A stretch of DNA of 64,000 nucleotides from positions 573,642 through 637,641 of the forward strand of contig CAWCOD010000006.1 of NCBI GenBank assembly GCA_963797055.1, in the 5' to 3' direction. The translations under genes and the position numbers were made by a program. The stretch's first letter is position 1. Every line of letters begins with the position of its first letter. The notes beneath the pieces were generated by a model. That model had not been told where the DNA came from and searched no databases. It saw only the letters and a program-made list of their open reading frames with translations. This DNA is from an uncultured Holophagae bacterium. GTDB lineage: Bacteria > Acidobacteriota > Thermoanaerobaculia > Thermoanaerobaculales > Sulfomarinibacteraceae. This document shows positions 28,980-40,940 of the stretch, one piece after another.

Positions 28980-29897
28980 ATGATCCGAATGATGGATTTC
29001 CACTGGCTCCTATGTCTCACATTGGCCCTTCCGGTGGTGGCTGCTGCCGTGGGATGCGGTAGCCGTGCGGACTCCGGGGGGCCGAACCTCCCCGACACTG
29101 CGGCCGGTTGGCGTGCGGTGGGTGAAACAGAGCGCTTCGATGCTGAAACGATCTTCAGCTACATCGACGGCCACGCAGAGGTCTATCTTGCCTACGGGAT
29201 GCGGAGCTGCACGTCGCGGCGATATGAAGGACCCGAGGGCCAGCCCGCCATCGTGGTCGATGTGTTCGAAATGGCGTCCCCCGACGACGCCTTCGGTGTC
29301 TTCACCGTCGATCTTGACGGCGATAATGCCGCCGTCGGTCATGACGGCCGGTACCGATACGGGTGGCTCTCGTTCTGGAAGGGCTCGTACTTCGTCTCGA
29401 TCACCGGCGAGGACGAAACCGATGCCGTCCGCAATGCGGTCTTCCAACTCGGCCACGAAATCGCGGGCGGGATCGACGCTGACGCCCCCCGCCCCGACAT
29501 CGTGGCACGGTTGCCGGTCAACGGTTTGGAGCGGGCTTCGGTGAGGTTCCTTCGAAGCGAGGTCATTCTTCGGACTCATCTCTACCTCGGCGAGAACGAT
29601 GTGGCCGGGCTCGGCCCGGACACTGAGGCGGCCCTGGCCAAATACAGCCGTGAAGCCCTGAGCGCTCACCTCATGGTCGTCCGGTATCCCGACGAAGGCC
29701 GAGCAAAGGCGGCGGAAGAGCTGTTCGCCGGCAGGTTTCTCAACGGGGGGATGGACTCGATGGCGGTCCAGGACTCGGTGGGCAGGTGGTACGCGTTCCG
29801 CCGAGAGGGTCAGTCGATGGCCATGGTCTTGGGCGCCGGCGGCAGGGAGATGGCCATGGACCTGCTCGACGAGACCACGTTTGGGGGTTCGAAATGA
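28980..29897 (+). CDS. Lipoprotein of unknown function (motif IFSYIDGHAEVYLAYGM)
   Basis: Lipobox AAAVGCG. I think it resembles an uncharacterised family with a YI(N/D)GGAELYL-YGF motif. This is from memory only. Confidence 0.55.
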   Translation: MIRMMDFHWLLCLTLALPVVAAAVGCGSRADSGGPNLPDTAAGWRAVGETERFDAETIFSYIDGHAEVYLAYGMRSCTSRRYEGPEGQPAIVVDVFEMASPDDAFGVFTVDLDGDNAAVGHDGRYRYGWLSFWKGSYFVSITGEDETDAVRNAVFQLGHEIAGGIDADAPRPDIVARLPVNGLERASVRFLRSEVILRTHLYLGENDVAGLGPDTEAALAKYSREALSAHLMVVRYPDEGRAKAAEELFAGRFLNGGMDSMAVQDSVGRWYAFRREGQSMAMVLGAGGREMAMDLLDETTFGGSK

Positions 29898-30796
29898 GCG
29901 ACAAGGGAAAGACCTTCAACCGCAGGCAGTTTGTCGCAGCAACCACCGGCGCAGCCGCGGTGGGCGCCCTCGGGCTGAGCGCACGGGATGGGGAGGGCGC
30001 GGAACCACCGCCCCAAACGAGTCGGGTCGTCCTGATCCGTCGGGAAGATGCTGTGGACGCTGAGGGCGCGCCCAACGAGGCGGTGCTCCACCAGATGCTC
30101 AATCAAGCGGTAGCTTCGTTGTTCGAGGTGGAAGAGGCGGGTTCGGCTTGGCGTCGGCTCTTCGGTGCCGGTGATGTTGTGGGCATCAAGAGCAACGAGT
30201 GGGGCCGTCTGCCCACTCCGGCGGCTCTGGAAGAGGCCATCCTCGCGGAGGTGGTTGGAGCGGGGGTCGACCCTGCGATGGTAGCGGTGGACGACCGGGG
30301 TGTTCGGGACAACGAGATCTTCTCGCTCGCTACCGCACTCGTCAACATCCGGCCCATGCGGACCCACGCCTGGTCGGGGCTCGGGACCCTGCTCAAAAAC
30401 CTGATTTCCTTTGTGCCCCGACCGGCGGAGTACCACGGAGATTCGTGCGCTCCGCTCGGTTCGATTTGGCTGCTGCCAGAGCTCGCCGGCAAGGTGCGGC
30501 TCAATATCCTCGTGATGCTGACGCCTCAGTTTCACAGCGTCGGGCCGCACAGTTTTTCTCGGCAGTTCGTCTGGCCCTACGGGGGTCTGATTGTGAGCAC
30601 CGATCCGGTGGCCGCCGATGCCACCGGCGCAAGGATCATCCAGGCCAAGCGACGCCAGCACTTCGGCGACGATCGACCCATCAGCCCGCCGCCTCACCAC
30701 ATCGAGATCGCCGGCGCGCGCTACGGTCTCGGAGTCAGCGATCCGGAGAGCATCAGCCTCGTCCGGCTTGGTTGGGACGAGGATCCACTTATTTGA
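29894..30796 (+). CDS. Tat-exported DUF362-like protein
   Basis: RRQFVAATTGAAAVGALG twin-arginine signal. ATG overlaps the upstream stop (ATGA). Confidence 0.7.
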   Translation: MSDKGKTFNRRQFVAATTGAAAVGALGLSARDGEGAEPPPQTSRVVLIRREDAVDAEGAPNEAVLHQMLNQAVASLFEVEEAGSAWRRLFGAGDVVGIKSNEWGRLPTPAALEEAILAEVVGAGVDPAMVAVDDRGVRDNEIFSLATALVNIRPMRTHAWSGLGTLLKNLISFVPRPAEYHGDSCAPLGSIWLLPELAGKVRLNILVMLTPQFHSVGPHSFSRQFVWPYGGLIVSTDPVAADATGARIIQAKRRQHFGDDRPISPPPHHIEIAGARYGLGVSDPESISLVRLGWDEDPLI

Positions 30797-30873
30797 TTGC
30801 GACGCCTACGACGAGACACTCGACATCAAGACGGGAAACGTTGAACGTCGATTCGCGGATTGCAGTCGGTTGT

Positions 30874-32064
30874 TTAGACCGCTTCGAGGGCCTGGTCAAA
30901 ATCCGCAATCAGGTCGGCGGCGTCTTCGCAGCCCACCGATACCCGGACCAGACCGTCCGTGATGCCGGCTGCCACGCGGTCGACCCGCTGCATGGCGGCG
31001 TGGGTCATGCTCGGCGGATGCTGGATCAGGGTTTCGATGCCACCGAGGGAAACCGCGAGGGTCATCAGCCGCACCGAGTCGAGGAGCGTCACTCCAGCCT
31101 CGACGCCGCCGGCCACCTCAAAGGAGATCAGGGCTCCAGGTCCGTCCATTTGGCGTTCCGCCAGGGAGTGCTGAGGGTGGCTGGCGAGACCCGGGTAACG
31201 CACCCACTCCACCTTCGGGTGGCCTTCGAGGTACTCGGCGACCAGCCTGGCGTTGTCCTGTGAGGTCCGGACCCGCATGGCCAGGGTCTTCAGACCGCGC
31301 AGCACGAGCCACGCCTGGTGTGGGTCCATGCACGCTCCAAGGTAGGAGTGAACCGGTTTGAGTTTGGACCTGAGTTCCGCCGTTGCCGGGACGATCATCC
31401 CGGCGACGACATCGGTGTGACCGTTGATGAACTTCGTCATGGAGTGCATGACGATGTCCGCGCCCAACTCGATGGGGCGCTGCAGGATTGGTGACGCGAA
31501 GGTGTTGTCAACCATGAGCAGTGCGCCGTGGTCACGGGCGATGGCCGCGACGGCAGCAATGTCAGACAGCACGATCGTGGGGTTGGCGGGAGTCTCGATG
31601 ATGACCAGCCGGGTCTCTGGCCGCATGGCCGTCCGCACGGCTTCGAGGTCGGAGGTGTCAACAAAAGTCGACCGGACGCCGAAACGCGAGAAATCCCGTT
31701 CCATGACCACCCTGGACGGTCCATAAACCGATGAGGTCCCGACCACGTGGTCTCCGGAGTTGAGGACCGCGAATGCCACGCTGCACAGCGCCGCCATCCC
31801 CGATGCCGTGGCGAGACCCTGGGCTCCCCCCTCGAGTTCGGCCACCGCGCGTTCGAGCCGCGCGACTGTCGGGTTGCCCATCCGGGTGTAGATGTAGCCT
31901 TCCTCCTCGCCGGCGAACCGGGCCGCGCCCTGGCGGCAGTCGGTGAAGGCGAAGGTGGAGCTCTGGTAGATCGGCGGCGCTACGGCGCCGGTTGTCTGAT
32001 CGGGCTCCTGGCCGGCATGAACCGTTCGGCTGTTCGGTCCGAGATTGTCGAGTTCGTGACCCAT
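30874..32064 (-). CDS. Cys/Met-metabolism PLP enzyme (methionine gamma-lyase / cystathionine gamma-synthase-like)
   Basis: GYIYTRMGNPT and PLP-lysine motif HSMTKFINGH. 396 aa. Confidence 0.88.
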   Translation of the reverse strand: MGHELDNLGPNSRTVHAGQEPDQTTGAVAPPIYQSSTFAFTDCRQGAARFAGEEEGYIYTRMGNPTVARLERAVAELEGGAQGLATASGMAALCSVAFAVLNSGDHVVGTSSVYGPSRVVMERDFSRFGVRSTFVDTSDLEAVRTAMRPETRLVIIETPANPTIVLSDIAAVAAIARDHGALLMVDNTFASPILQRPIELGADIVMHSMTKFINGHTDVVAGMIVPATAELRSKLKPVHSYLGACMDPHQAWLVLRGLKTLAMRVRTSQDNARLVAEYLEGHPKVEWVRYPGLASHPQHSLAERQMDGPGALISFEVAGGVEAGVTLLDSVRLMTLAVSLGGIETLIQHPPSMTHAAMQRVDRVAAGITDGLVRVSVGCEDAADLIADFDQALEAV

Positions 32065-32243
32065 GAATCCTCCCGTGTCGGTCGTCGGCGATTGTAACCC
32101 TGATCTGCAAAATCATGAAATAGTGATACTTGCAGTGTTGAAGAGCTGAGAAAACGTTGTCGAGGAAAGCTGAGACGACGCTGAATCTGGGCTATCATCA
32201 ACATCGTTGGGAGGCGTACGTGGCGGACCATGCTCTGAAGGTG

Positions 32244-33719
32244 ATGATGGTGACCTCGGAGGTCGTTCCCTTTGCCAAGGCGGGTGGGCTGGCCGACATG
32301 GTGGGAGCCCTGTCCAAGGCAGTGACCGATCTCGGCCACGATGTACGAATCGTATTGCCGCGATATTACTCGGTGGACATCGGCCGGCTCAGGAGAATCG
32401 GTTCGCCGCTCGGCATACCGCTGGGGGACCGCGAGGAGTGGTGCGCAGTTTACGAAGGCCGGATTCCGGGAACCGAGGTCCCGGTCTACTTTTTCGACCA
32501 CGAGGAACTGTTTGGCAGAGACGGAATCTATGGCACTCGCATCGAACCGAGCTTCCAGGACAACCTACGGCGTTTCGCCGTGCTCTGCCGGGGCGCCCTG
32601 CAGCTGGCGCTGGCCATCGACTGGCGGCCGGACATCGTGCACGCTCACGACTGGCCGGGCGCGCTGGCACCGGTCTATCTCAACACCGTGGAGAGGGAGG
32701 GCCCCTTTGCTGCGACGGGCAGCGTATTGACCATTCACAACCTCGGCTATCAGGGGATCTTCCCAAAGGAGGAGTATCCGACGACTGGTCTGGAGTGGGA
32801 TCTTTTCCACGGCGCCGGGTTCGAATTCTTTGATGATGTCAATCTCCTGCAGGCTGGTATTCGTAACGCCGATCTTCTGACCACCGTGTCCCCAACCTAC
32901 GCGGAAGAGATCCAGACGCCGGCCTACGGCCACCGATTGGACGATCTTCTGAGGTTCCGGTCCGACGACCTCTTCGGGGTGCTCAATGGGATGGACTACG
33001 AGGAATGGAACCCCGAGACCGACGACTTGATCGCCGCCACCTACTCCAGTCGGGGCTACAAGGGCAAAGCCAAGAACAAGGCGGCGTTGCAGCGTGAATT
33101 CGACCTCGATGTGGACCCCGAAATTCCAGTCTACGGCATGGTCAGTCGGATGGTGGCGCAGAAGGGATTCGGCCAGCTGTGTGGTCCCGCCCATGGGAGC
33201 TTGGCTTCAATGTGCGCGCAGCTCGACCTCCAATTCGCCATCATCGGAACCGGCGACGCCTGGTGTGAGGAGGAGTTGGCGGCCCTGGCCCAGCGCTATC
33301 CAAACCTCGGTGTCCGGATCGAGTTCAACAACCGGCTGGCTCACCTGGTGGAGGCCGGCTCTGATTTTTTCCTCATGCCCAGCCTGTACGAGCCGTGCGG
33401 TCTGACCCAGATGTATGCGCTGCGTTATGGGTCCCTCCCGATCGTGCGCCAGACCGGTGGCTTGGCGGACACCGTCGAGAACTACGACGAGAAGAGCGGG
33501 GAGGGAACCGGCTTCGTTTTCAAAGAGATCGACCCGTCAGCCATTTTCAACACGGTGGGTTGGTCGTTGTGGGCGTGGCACAATCGTCCCGACCACATCA
33601 CGGCCATGCGGAGACGGGCCATGAAGGTCAGATTCCTGTGGCAGGAATCGGCCCGTCGCTTTGTGGAGCTCTATCGGTCGGCCATCGAACGTCGTACAGG
33701 AGTCGTGCCCGAGAAGTGA
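32244..33719 (+). CDS. glgA: Glycogen synthase
   Basis: MMVTSEVVPFAKAGGLADMVGAL N-terminus and C-terminal PSLYEPCGLTQMYALRYG. GTG 32241 and ATG 32247 are alternative starts. Confidence 0.92.
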   Translation: MMVTSEVVPFAKAGGLADMVGALSKAVTDLGHDVRIVLPRYYSVDIGRLRRIGSPLGIPLGDREEWCAVYEGRIPGTEVPVYFFDHEELFGRDGIYGTRIEPSFQDNLRRFAVLCRGALQLALAIDWRPDIVHAHDWPGALAPVYLNTVEREGPFAATGSVLTIHNLGYQGIFPKEEYPTTGLEWDLFHGAGFEFFDDVNLLQAGIRNADLLTTVSPTYAEEIQTPAYGHRLDDLLRFRSDDLFGVLNGMDYEEWNPETDDLIAATYSSRGYKGKAKNKAALQREFDLDVDPEIPVYGMVSRMVAQKGFGQLCGPAHGSLASMCAQLDLQFAIIGTGDAWCEEELAALAQRYPNLGVRIEFNNRLAHLVEAGSDFFLMPSLYEPCGLTQMYALRYGSLPIVRQTGGLADTVENYDEKSGEGTGFVFKEIDPSAIFNTVGWSLWAWHNRPDHITAMRRRAMKVRFLWQESARRFVELYRSAIERRTGVVPEK

Positions 33720-33821
33720 AATTTTTAGTTCTCAAATATTGAATTTTGAATTTCCCCCTCCCGCCCAAGAGAGGCAGGAGTTGTCCGAAATTCAAAATTG
33801 AGAATTGAGAATTGAGAATTC
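33720..33821. repeat. Heptamer-armed hairpin element: 5 AT-rich heptamers (33720-33754), 32-nt GC core (33755-33786), 5 inverted heptamers (33787-33821)
   Basis: Arms AATTTTT/AGTTCTC/AAATATT/GAATTTT/GAATTTC versus GAAATTC/AAAATTG/AGAATTG x2/AGAATTC. The inner 13 nt are perfectly complementary. Confidence 0.9.
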
Positions 33822-34314
33822 AGCGCCCACGGTGTAGGGCGTCGAGTTCGTCCCTGAGCTCGGGGATGTCGAGGGATTGAGTGGTCATGATCCGCCAGCC
33901 CGAAGGCTCTTTGCGCCAGAGGATCGACGCTGTACAGGGGGTGGACCGGCTGCCCAGGATGGTCCCGGCCCCATCGCCGTCCCTGCCGGAGACCACGAAG
34001 CGGAGCCGGACCAGAACACCCTCCTCGGTTCGGTCTGCGGCGGTCTTTAAAAATTCAACGTCGAGATCATCGAAGGTGGCCATCATCTCGCTGATGTTGC
34101 CGGCGATGGACTCGTAACTCTGGCCCCAGGGGTCGCTGTACTCGCGGGAGACCACCTGTAGGGTGCCGAGGAGTTGTTCTGACTCGAATGCCTCGATCGC
34201 GGCGAGGAGCTTGCGTTGTACGACGCGTTCTGGCGAGAAGTACTGTCTGAACCAGAAGGTCAGTACCAGTGCGACTCCGACGATGACAATGACGACGAGA
34301 CGGTTGTTCTTCAT
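33820..34314 (-). CDS. Membrane-anchored NTF2/SnoaL-like protein
   Basis: N-terminal TM helix RLVVIVIVGVALVLTFWF. The ~140-aa alpha+beta domain assignment is weak. Confidence 0.5.
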   Translation of the reverse strand: MKNNRLVVIVIVGVALVLTFWFRQYFSPERVVQRKLLAAIEAFESEQLLGTLQVVSREYSDPWGQSYESIAGNISEMMATFDDLDVEFLKTAADRTEEGVLVRLRFVVSGRDGDGAGTILGSRSTPCTASILWRKEPSGWRIMTTQSLDIPELRDELDALHRGR

Positions 34315-34376
34315 GCTTCGAGTTTAACGCCGGATTTCCGTGAGATGGACAGTGGTTGAATTCGGAATTCGGAGAC

Positions 34377-34463
34377 CCCGCCCACCCGGCTTCGCCTCGG
34401 GCTACGGCGTGGCAAGCGGAGACGGAGACGGCGAAAGCCAACCCCACCTTTTCCGGATGAGCC
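34377..34463 (+). repeat. Repeat family 1, 3' module only
   Basis: ACCCGGCTT[CG]CCCTCGGGC...GTGGCA[AC]GCGGAGACGG...CCCCAC...TTCCGGATGA is collinear with 23305-23372. Confidence 0.8.
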
Positions 34464-34513
34464 AGATGTTAAACCTCGAACGGTGTGCTGATGGATGAGA
34501 GGGGTATGCAGTC

Positions 34514-34548
34514 CTCAATCTGCAATCTGCAATCTGCAATCTGAAATC
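34514..34548. repeat. 5 heptamers (CTCAATC, TGCAATC x3, TGAAATC)
   Basis: Read directly. The same unit recurs at 52804-52838 and 63319-63339. Confidence 0.9.
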
Positions 34549-34597
34549 AGTATTTTGGACCTTTCCCGGGTGTTGGAAATCGTCAACTCCTCAATTC

Positions 34598-35650
<1,053 letters not shown>

Positions 35651-35726
35651 GACTGCCTATTCTAGCCTCGTCGTCTGGCGACCATTTTCACCGGACTCGC
35701 ATCTATTTCGGGGGTTCACTTGACGA

Positions 35727-36425
35727 ATGGCAGACACACATTTAGCATTCGTCCCCATGACGAAGGATAAGTCCAACGATATCTTCGTTTTTCCGAAATG
35801 GACGGGGATACTGCGTCCAGGAATCGCGGCTGCTGCCATCGGCGGGCTGGTGTACGCCACGATTGTCGTCTATTTCGGGTTCTCACCAAAGGCCACGGAC
35901 GTCGGCTACGCCCCGGAACAACCCGTGCCCTACAGCCACGCGCTGCACGTTGGTCAACTCGGCGTAGACTGTCGGTACTGCCATAACACTGTGGAGGTTG
36001 CGGCCCACGCGGCCATTCCTCCGACCCAGACCTGCATGAACTGCCACTCCATGATCCGCAAGAACTCAGAGAAGCTCACGCCGATTCTGGAAAGTTACGC
36101 CACCGGGATGCCGGTGGAGTGGATCAGGGTTCACGATCTTCCCGATTACGTCTATTTCAACCACTCGGCTCACGTGCGCCGCGGTGTCGGCTGCGTGGCG
36201 TGCCACGGACGAATCGACACCATGGAGGTGGTCTACCAGGCGGAGCCGCTGAGCATGGGATGGTGCCTGGAATGCCACCGCAATCCGGAGCGCCACCTTC
36301 GTCCCACAGAGTTCGTCACCCAACTGGATTGGGTACCGGAGGAGGACCAGATGGTGCTCGGGGCACGGCTTCGCGAGACCAACAACATCAACCCACCCGT
36401 GGACTGCAATACATGTCATCGCTGA
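35727..36425 (+). CDS. actA: Alternative Complex III subunit ActA (pentaheme cytochrome c)
   Basis: Five CxxCH motifs (CRYCH, CMNCH, CVACH, CLECH, CNTCH). N-terminal TM helix. Confidence 0.9.
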   Translation: MADTHLAFVPMTKDKSNDIFVFPKWTGILRPGIAAAAIGGLVYATIVVYFGFSPKATDVGYAPEQPVPYSHALHVGQLGVDCRYCHNTVEVAAHAAIPPTQTCMNCHSMIRKNSEKLTPILESYATGMPVEWIRVHDLPDYVYFNHSAHVRRGVGCVACHGRIDTMEVVYQAEPLSMGWCLECHRNPERHLRPTEFVTQLDWVPEEDQMVLGARLRETNNINPPVDCNTCHR

Positions 36426-39400
36426 AATCAAACGGCATGCAGTACTGGCGCAGCCTGGATGAGCTGACGCAGACCCCCGAGTTCGTGGAGGCGGTCCGCC
36501 GCGAATTTCCGGACGACGACTGGGATCAGCTGCCGCCGGCCACCCGTCGCCAGTTCCTCAAGGTCATGGGCGCGTCCTTGGCATTTGCCGGTCTCACCGG
36601 CTGTAGGTGGCCCAAGGAGGAGATCGTCCCCTTTGCCCACCGCCCGTCGGACCGTACCCCCGGAGTGCCCCAACAATTCGCCACCGCCATGGAACTCGCG
36701 GGCGTGGCCACCGGCATGCTTGTGACCTCATACGACGGTCGACCCATCAAGGCCGAGGGCAATCCCGAGCACCCGGACAGCCTGGGAGGTCTCGGGGCCA
36801 TCCACCAGGCCAGTGTCCTCGGGCTCTACGACCCGGACCGCAGCCGTCGGGTGGTTTTTCGGGACGGCGGTCAGGAGTTCGTCAAGACGTGGGACGACGT
36901 GGCGGGCTACGCTGCGCAGCACCTTGCCGGGACCGGGCAGGGGGTCGCGGTGCTCACCGGGACATCGTCCTCACCCAGCCTCGAACGTATGAAGGCCCGT
37001 TTCCTCGCCGCCCAACCGGAGGCCCGCTGGTACGAATACGAGCCGATCTCGGACGATCACGAACGGGAAGGTCTGCGGACCGCCTTCGGCCGGCCGCTGA
37101 GGGTCGTACCGAACCTCCGTCGTGCCCGGGTCGTGGCGTGTTTCGATGCCGACCCGTTGGGCGAACATCCCGCTGCGTTGCGATTGACCCGCCAATTCGC
37201 CCAATCGCGCGCGCCCCACGGCGACACCATGAGCCGACTTTGGGTGGCGGAGTCCGGTTTCTCCCTATCCGGCGGACGGGCGGACCATCGACTGGCCGTT
37301 CCATCCGGGCAGGTTGTGACGTTGCTCTCCGGATTGGTGACAGCCCTGGCGCGACATGACGGTGTCGGCCTGGGTGCGGACGTCGCTCCCGAGATCGCCG
37401 ATGTGGACTCCAACCACGGCGAATTTGTCGAAGCCCTCGCCGACGATCTGGCGAACCACCCGGGCGAGAGCCTGCTTCTGGTGGGACCGCGCCAGCCGGC
37501 CGCGGTGCACGCCATGGCGGCCATGGTCAACCAGGCGCTCGGGAACGTGGGGCGGACCCTGACCTACACCGAGGTCGCCGATCCCGATCGGGCGACCCAT
37601 GTGGATGCCATCTCCGAACTTTCTGCGCAGATGGCGTCCGGTGCGGTCCGGACTCTGCTGATCCTCGGCGGCAATCCGGCCTACGATGCGCCCATCGACT
37701 CGGGTTTTGCCGATCGGCTGTCTCAGGTGCCGCACACGATGCACCTGAGTCTTTATGACGACGAAACCTCCCGCCGCTGTGGCTGGCACCTGCCGCAGGC
37801 ACACTTTCTGGAGACGTGGGGCGACGGTAGGGCATGGGACGGAAGCTGGACACTCCAACAGCCGCTCATCGAGCCGCTGTACGGTGGTCGGTCGCCCATC
37901 GAGGTGCTTGCCATGCTGCTCGAGCCCGAGCCGGTTCGGGGCTACGAGATCGTCCGCCAGACGCTGGGGGAAAACTCGTCCGAGGTGGATTTTGAGGCGT
38001 TGTGGCGCCGCTCTCTCCACGACGGCCTGGTGCGCGGCACGGCCAAGGCAGCCGTCGAAGTTGCGCTGAATCCTGCAGCTGTCGGTGAAGTTGTTCGGGG
38101 CGTCCGCGTGCCGCCTGCGCCAACGTCGGGCAGCCTCGAACTGGTGCTGGTTCCGGATCCAAAGATTTTCGATGGCCGGTTCGCCAACAACGGGTGGTTG
38201 CAGGAGTTGCCGGAGGCAGTCACCAAGGTCGCGTGGGACAACGCGCTGTTATTGTCACCCCCCGCCGCCAGAGAGCTGGGTGTGGAGCAGAACGACGTGG
38301 TTGTGGTGGCGGCCGGCGACCGTTCGCTGGACGTGCCGGTGTGCGTGGTTCCGGGTCAAACTCGGTATTCGGCCAGCCTGTGGCTCGGGTACGGCCGTTC
38401 GGCGGCCGGTCAGGTGGGCAACGGCGTCGGGGCGAATGCCTATGGTCTGCGCGCCGACGACGGGTCCTTCGTTCTCGACGGTGTCACGGTGACCCCCGCA
38501 GGCCGGCAACATGTACTGGCCTGCACCCAGAACCACTTTGCCATCGACACGATCGGTTTTGGAGAACGGAACATCCGGGCCGACAACTTCGTACGCGAGG
38601 CGAGTCTCGACGCCTATCTCGCCGACCCCGAACTCTTCCAACACATGGACCACCATCCGCCGCTTAAGAATCTGTGGAAGGACCTGGCCTACGAGGGTGA
38701 GCAGTGGGGGATGGCCATCGATCTGAATTCCTGCACCGGATGCAACGCCTGTGTCGTCGCCTGTCAGGCGGAGAACAACATCCCGGTGGTGGGTCGCGAG
38801 CAGGTCATCAATCAGCGCGAGATGCAGTGGATCAGGGTCGACCGCTATTTCAAGACGCCGTTGGGTGTGGCTGCCGACGAAGTGGACACCGCCGAGATGG
38901 TCTTCCAACCCATGACGTGTGTTCAGTGCGAGAACGCGCCGTGCGAGCAGGTCTGTCCGGTGGCAGCCACCCAGCACACCCGGGACGGGCTCAACGCCAT
39001 GGCCTACAACCGATGCATCGGCACCCGTTACTGTTCCAACAACTGTCCGTTCAAGGTGCGGCGATTCAACTTCTTCAACTACCACAAAGAGCTGTCCGAC
39101 ATCTCGATGATGCAGTTCAACCCCGAGGTCACGGTTCGCAGCCGGGGTGTCATGGAGAAGTGCACCTTTTGCATCCAGCGGATCGAAGCGGTGCGAATTC
39201 AGGCCCGCAACGAAAAGCGACCCATCGGCGACGGAGAGATCGTTCCGGCCTGTGCGCAGACCTGTCCGGCCAAGGCCATCCATTTCGGCGATCTCAACAA
39301 TCCCTCGAGCGAGATCTCCAAACTCCGTCAGGACCATCGCGCGTACGTCACTCTGGAAGAACTGAACATCCGACCGCGGGCCCACTATATGGCTCGTCTG

Positions 39401-39475
39401 CAGAATCCGGTGGGAGGCGCCGTGGAAACGTCGGGCACCGCAGACCATGACGATCACGGGAAGGAGTCCGCTTGA
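36413..39475 (+). CDS. actB: ACIII subunit ActB (molybdopterin-oxidoreductase-like plus FeS domains, fused B1-B2)
   Basis: Tat motif [10 protein letters not shown]. Cys clusters [35 protein letters not shown] and CTFC. ATG 36413 overlaps the actA end. Confidence 0.92.
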   Translation: MSSLKSNGMQYWRSLDELTQTPEFVEAVRREFPDDDWDQLPPATRRQFLKVMGASLAFAGLTGCRWPKEEIVPFAHRPSDRTPGVPQQFATAMELAGVATGMLVTSYDGRPIKAEGNPEHPDSLGGLGAIHQASVLGLYDPDRSRRVVFRDGGQEFVKTWDDVAGYAAQHLAGTGQGVAVLTGTSSSPSLERMKARFLAAQPEARWYEYEPISDDHEREGLRTAFGRPLRVVPNLRRARVVACFDADPLGEHPAALRLTRQFAQSRAPHGDTMSRLWVAESGFSLSGGRADHRLAVPSGQVVTLLSGLVTALARHDGVGLGADVAPEIADVDSNHGEFVEALADDLANHPGESLLLVGPRQPAAVHAMAAMVNQALGNVGRTLTYTEVADPDRATHVDAISELSAQMASGAVRTLLILGGNPAYDAPIDSGFADRLSQVPHTMHLSLYDDETSRRCGWHLPQAHFLETWGDGRAWDGSWTLQQPLIEPLYGGRSPIEVLAMLLEPEPVRGYEIVRQTLGENSSEVDFEALWRRSLHDGLVRGTAKAAVEVALNPAAVGEVVRGVRVPPAPTSGSLELVLVPDPKIFDGRFANNGWLQELPEAVTKVAWDNALLLSPPAARELGVEQNDVVVVAAGDRSLDVPVCVVPGQTRYSASLWLGYGRSAAGQVGNGVGANAYGLRADDGSFVLDGVTVTPAGRQHVLACTQNHFAIDTIGFGERNIRADNFVREASLDAYLADPELFQHMDHHPPLKNLWKDLAYEGEQWGMAIDLNSCTGCNACVVACQAENNIPVVGREQVINQREMQWIRVDRYFKTPLGVAADEVDTAEMVFQPMTCVQCENAPCEQVCPVAATQHTRDGLNAMAYNRCIGTRYCSNNCPFKVRRFNFFNYHKELSDISMMQFNPEVTVRSRGVMEKCTFCIQRIEAVRIQARNEKRPIGDGEIVPACAQTCPAKAIHFGDLNNPSSEISKLRQDHRAYVTLEELNIRPRAHYMARLQNPVGGAVETSGTADHDDHGKESA

Positions 39476-39479
39476 GCCC

Positions 39480-40940
39480 ATGAGCACCTCCACCGTCGAC
39501 ACCCGTGTCATGCTGGACAACACCGCCGACGATCCCACTCGTCGGGCGCCGTTGGTCCTGAATCACAATGAGTTCGATTTCATCACCGACACCGTTTGCG
39601 GCGTGGTGGAACAGAAGACACCACGGGCCTGGTACATCGCCTTTGGCATCTCGCTGAGCATGACCGGTGTGCTCGCGGTGATGGTGGCCTACCTGGTCGG
39701 CGTGGGCATCGGAGTTTGGGGTCTGCAGGTCCCGGTGGCCTGGGGCTGGGCGATTGTCAACTTCGTCTTCTGGGTCGGCATCGGTCACGCGGGAACGCTG
39801 ATCTCCGCGATTCTGTTTCTTCTCCGCCAGAAGTGGCGGACGAGCATCAACCGGTTCGCCGAGGGCATGACGATCTTCGCGGTGGCCTGCGCCGGGATTT
39901 TCCCCGGCATCCATGTCGGCCGAATCTGGGTGGCCTACTGGCTGGCTCCCATCCCGAATCAGATGCAGATGTGGCCGAATTTCCGATCACCGCTGTTGTG
40001 GGACGTTTTCGCGGTGGGTACCTACGCCACCGTGTCGCTGCTGTTCTGGTATATGGGTATGATCCCCGATCTGGCCACCCTGCGCGACCGCGCCACCACC
40101 AAGGGTCGCTGGCTGGCCTACGGTCTGCTCAGCATGGGTTGGCGGTCCTCGAATCGGCACTGGCACCGATTCGAGATGGCCTACTTGCTTCTCGCCGCGC
40201 TGGCGACTCCGCTGGTGCTGTCGGTGCACTCGGTGGTGAGCTTCGACTTTGCGGTGTCCATCATCCCCGGGTGGCACACGACGATCTTCCCGCCCTACTT
40301 CGTGGCCGGTGCGATTTTCTCGGGCTTCGCCATGGTGGTGACGCTGGTGATTCCAACCAGACATTTCCTCCATCTCGAAGAGATCATCACCCTGCGTCAC
40401 CTGGAGAACATGTCCAAGATCATGTTGGCCACAGGCATGATGGTGGGGCTGGCCTACTCGACCGAGTTTTTCATGGCCTGGTACTCGGGAAACAGCTACG
40501 AGGCGTTCACTTTCATGAACCGCGCCTTTGGTCCCTATGCGTGGGCCTACTGGATCATGGTGACCTGCAACGTCTTGGTGCCTCAGGTTTTCTGGTTCAA
40601 GAAGGTGCGAACGAACCTGGTGGTGATGTGGATCGCATCGATCCTGATCAACGTCGGGATGTGGTTCGAGCGGTTCGTCATCGTCGTCAGTTCCCTCAGC
40701 CGAGATTTCCTGCCCACGAGCTGGGGGTACTACCGGCCATCCATCGTGGACATCCTCACCTTCGCGGGGAGCTTCGGACTGTTCTTTACCCTGTTCCTGC
40801 TGTTTGTGAGGTTCCTGCCCATTATTGGAATGGCCGAGGTCAAGGGTGTGATGCCGGCGGCGCTCCACGACGAGCCGGGACACGGTGACTATCACGGTGA
40901 CATCACCGAGCGCTCGGCGCGTCGCGGAGGTGACCGGTGA
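39480..40940 (+). CDS. actC: ACIII subunit ActC (NrfD/PsrC-like quinol-interacting membrane subunit)
   Basis: Polytopic membrane protein. ATG lies 5 nt after the actB stop. Operon position fits. Confidence 0.88.
   Translation: MSTSTVDTRVMLDNTADDPTRRAPLVLNHNEFDFITDTVCGVVEQKTPRAWYIAFGISLSMTGVLAVMVAYLVGVGIGVWGLQVPVAWGWAIVNFVFWVGIGHAGTLISAILFLLRQKWRTSINRFAEGMTIFAVACAGIFPGIHVGRIWVAYWLAPIPNQMQMWPNFRSPLLWDVFAVGTYATVSLLFWYMGMIPDLATLRDRATTKGRWLAYGLLSMGWRSSNRHWHRFEMAYLLLAALATPLVLSVHSVVSFDFAVSIIPGWHTTIFPPYFVAGAIFSGFAMVVTLVIPTRHFLHLEEIITLRHLENMSKIMLATGMMVGLAYSTEFFMAWYSGNSYEAFTFMNRAFGPYAWAYWIMVTCNVLVPQVFWFKKVRTNLVVMWIASILINVGMWFERFVIVVSSLSRDFLPTSWGYYRPSIVDILTFAGSFGLFFTLFLLFVRFLPIIGMAEVKGVMPAALHDEPGHGDYHGDITERSARRGGDR

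Noticed and set aside
29886-29893. tRNA-like GGTTCGAA strings (also at 32818-32825), and a general search for tRNA or rRNA
   Set aside because: Both strings lie inside well-supported CDSs without acceptor or anticodon stem context. I saw no cloverleaf-capable region or rRNA-like stretch elsewhere.
32065-32243. Riboswitch or leader upstream of the methionine gamma-lyase-like gene (also checked upstream of purF and guaB)
   Set aside because: No SAM-, purine- or other riboswitch consensus that I can recognise by eye. The spacers are short. cmscan would be needed to be definitive.
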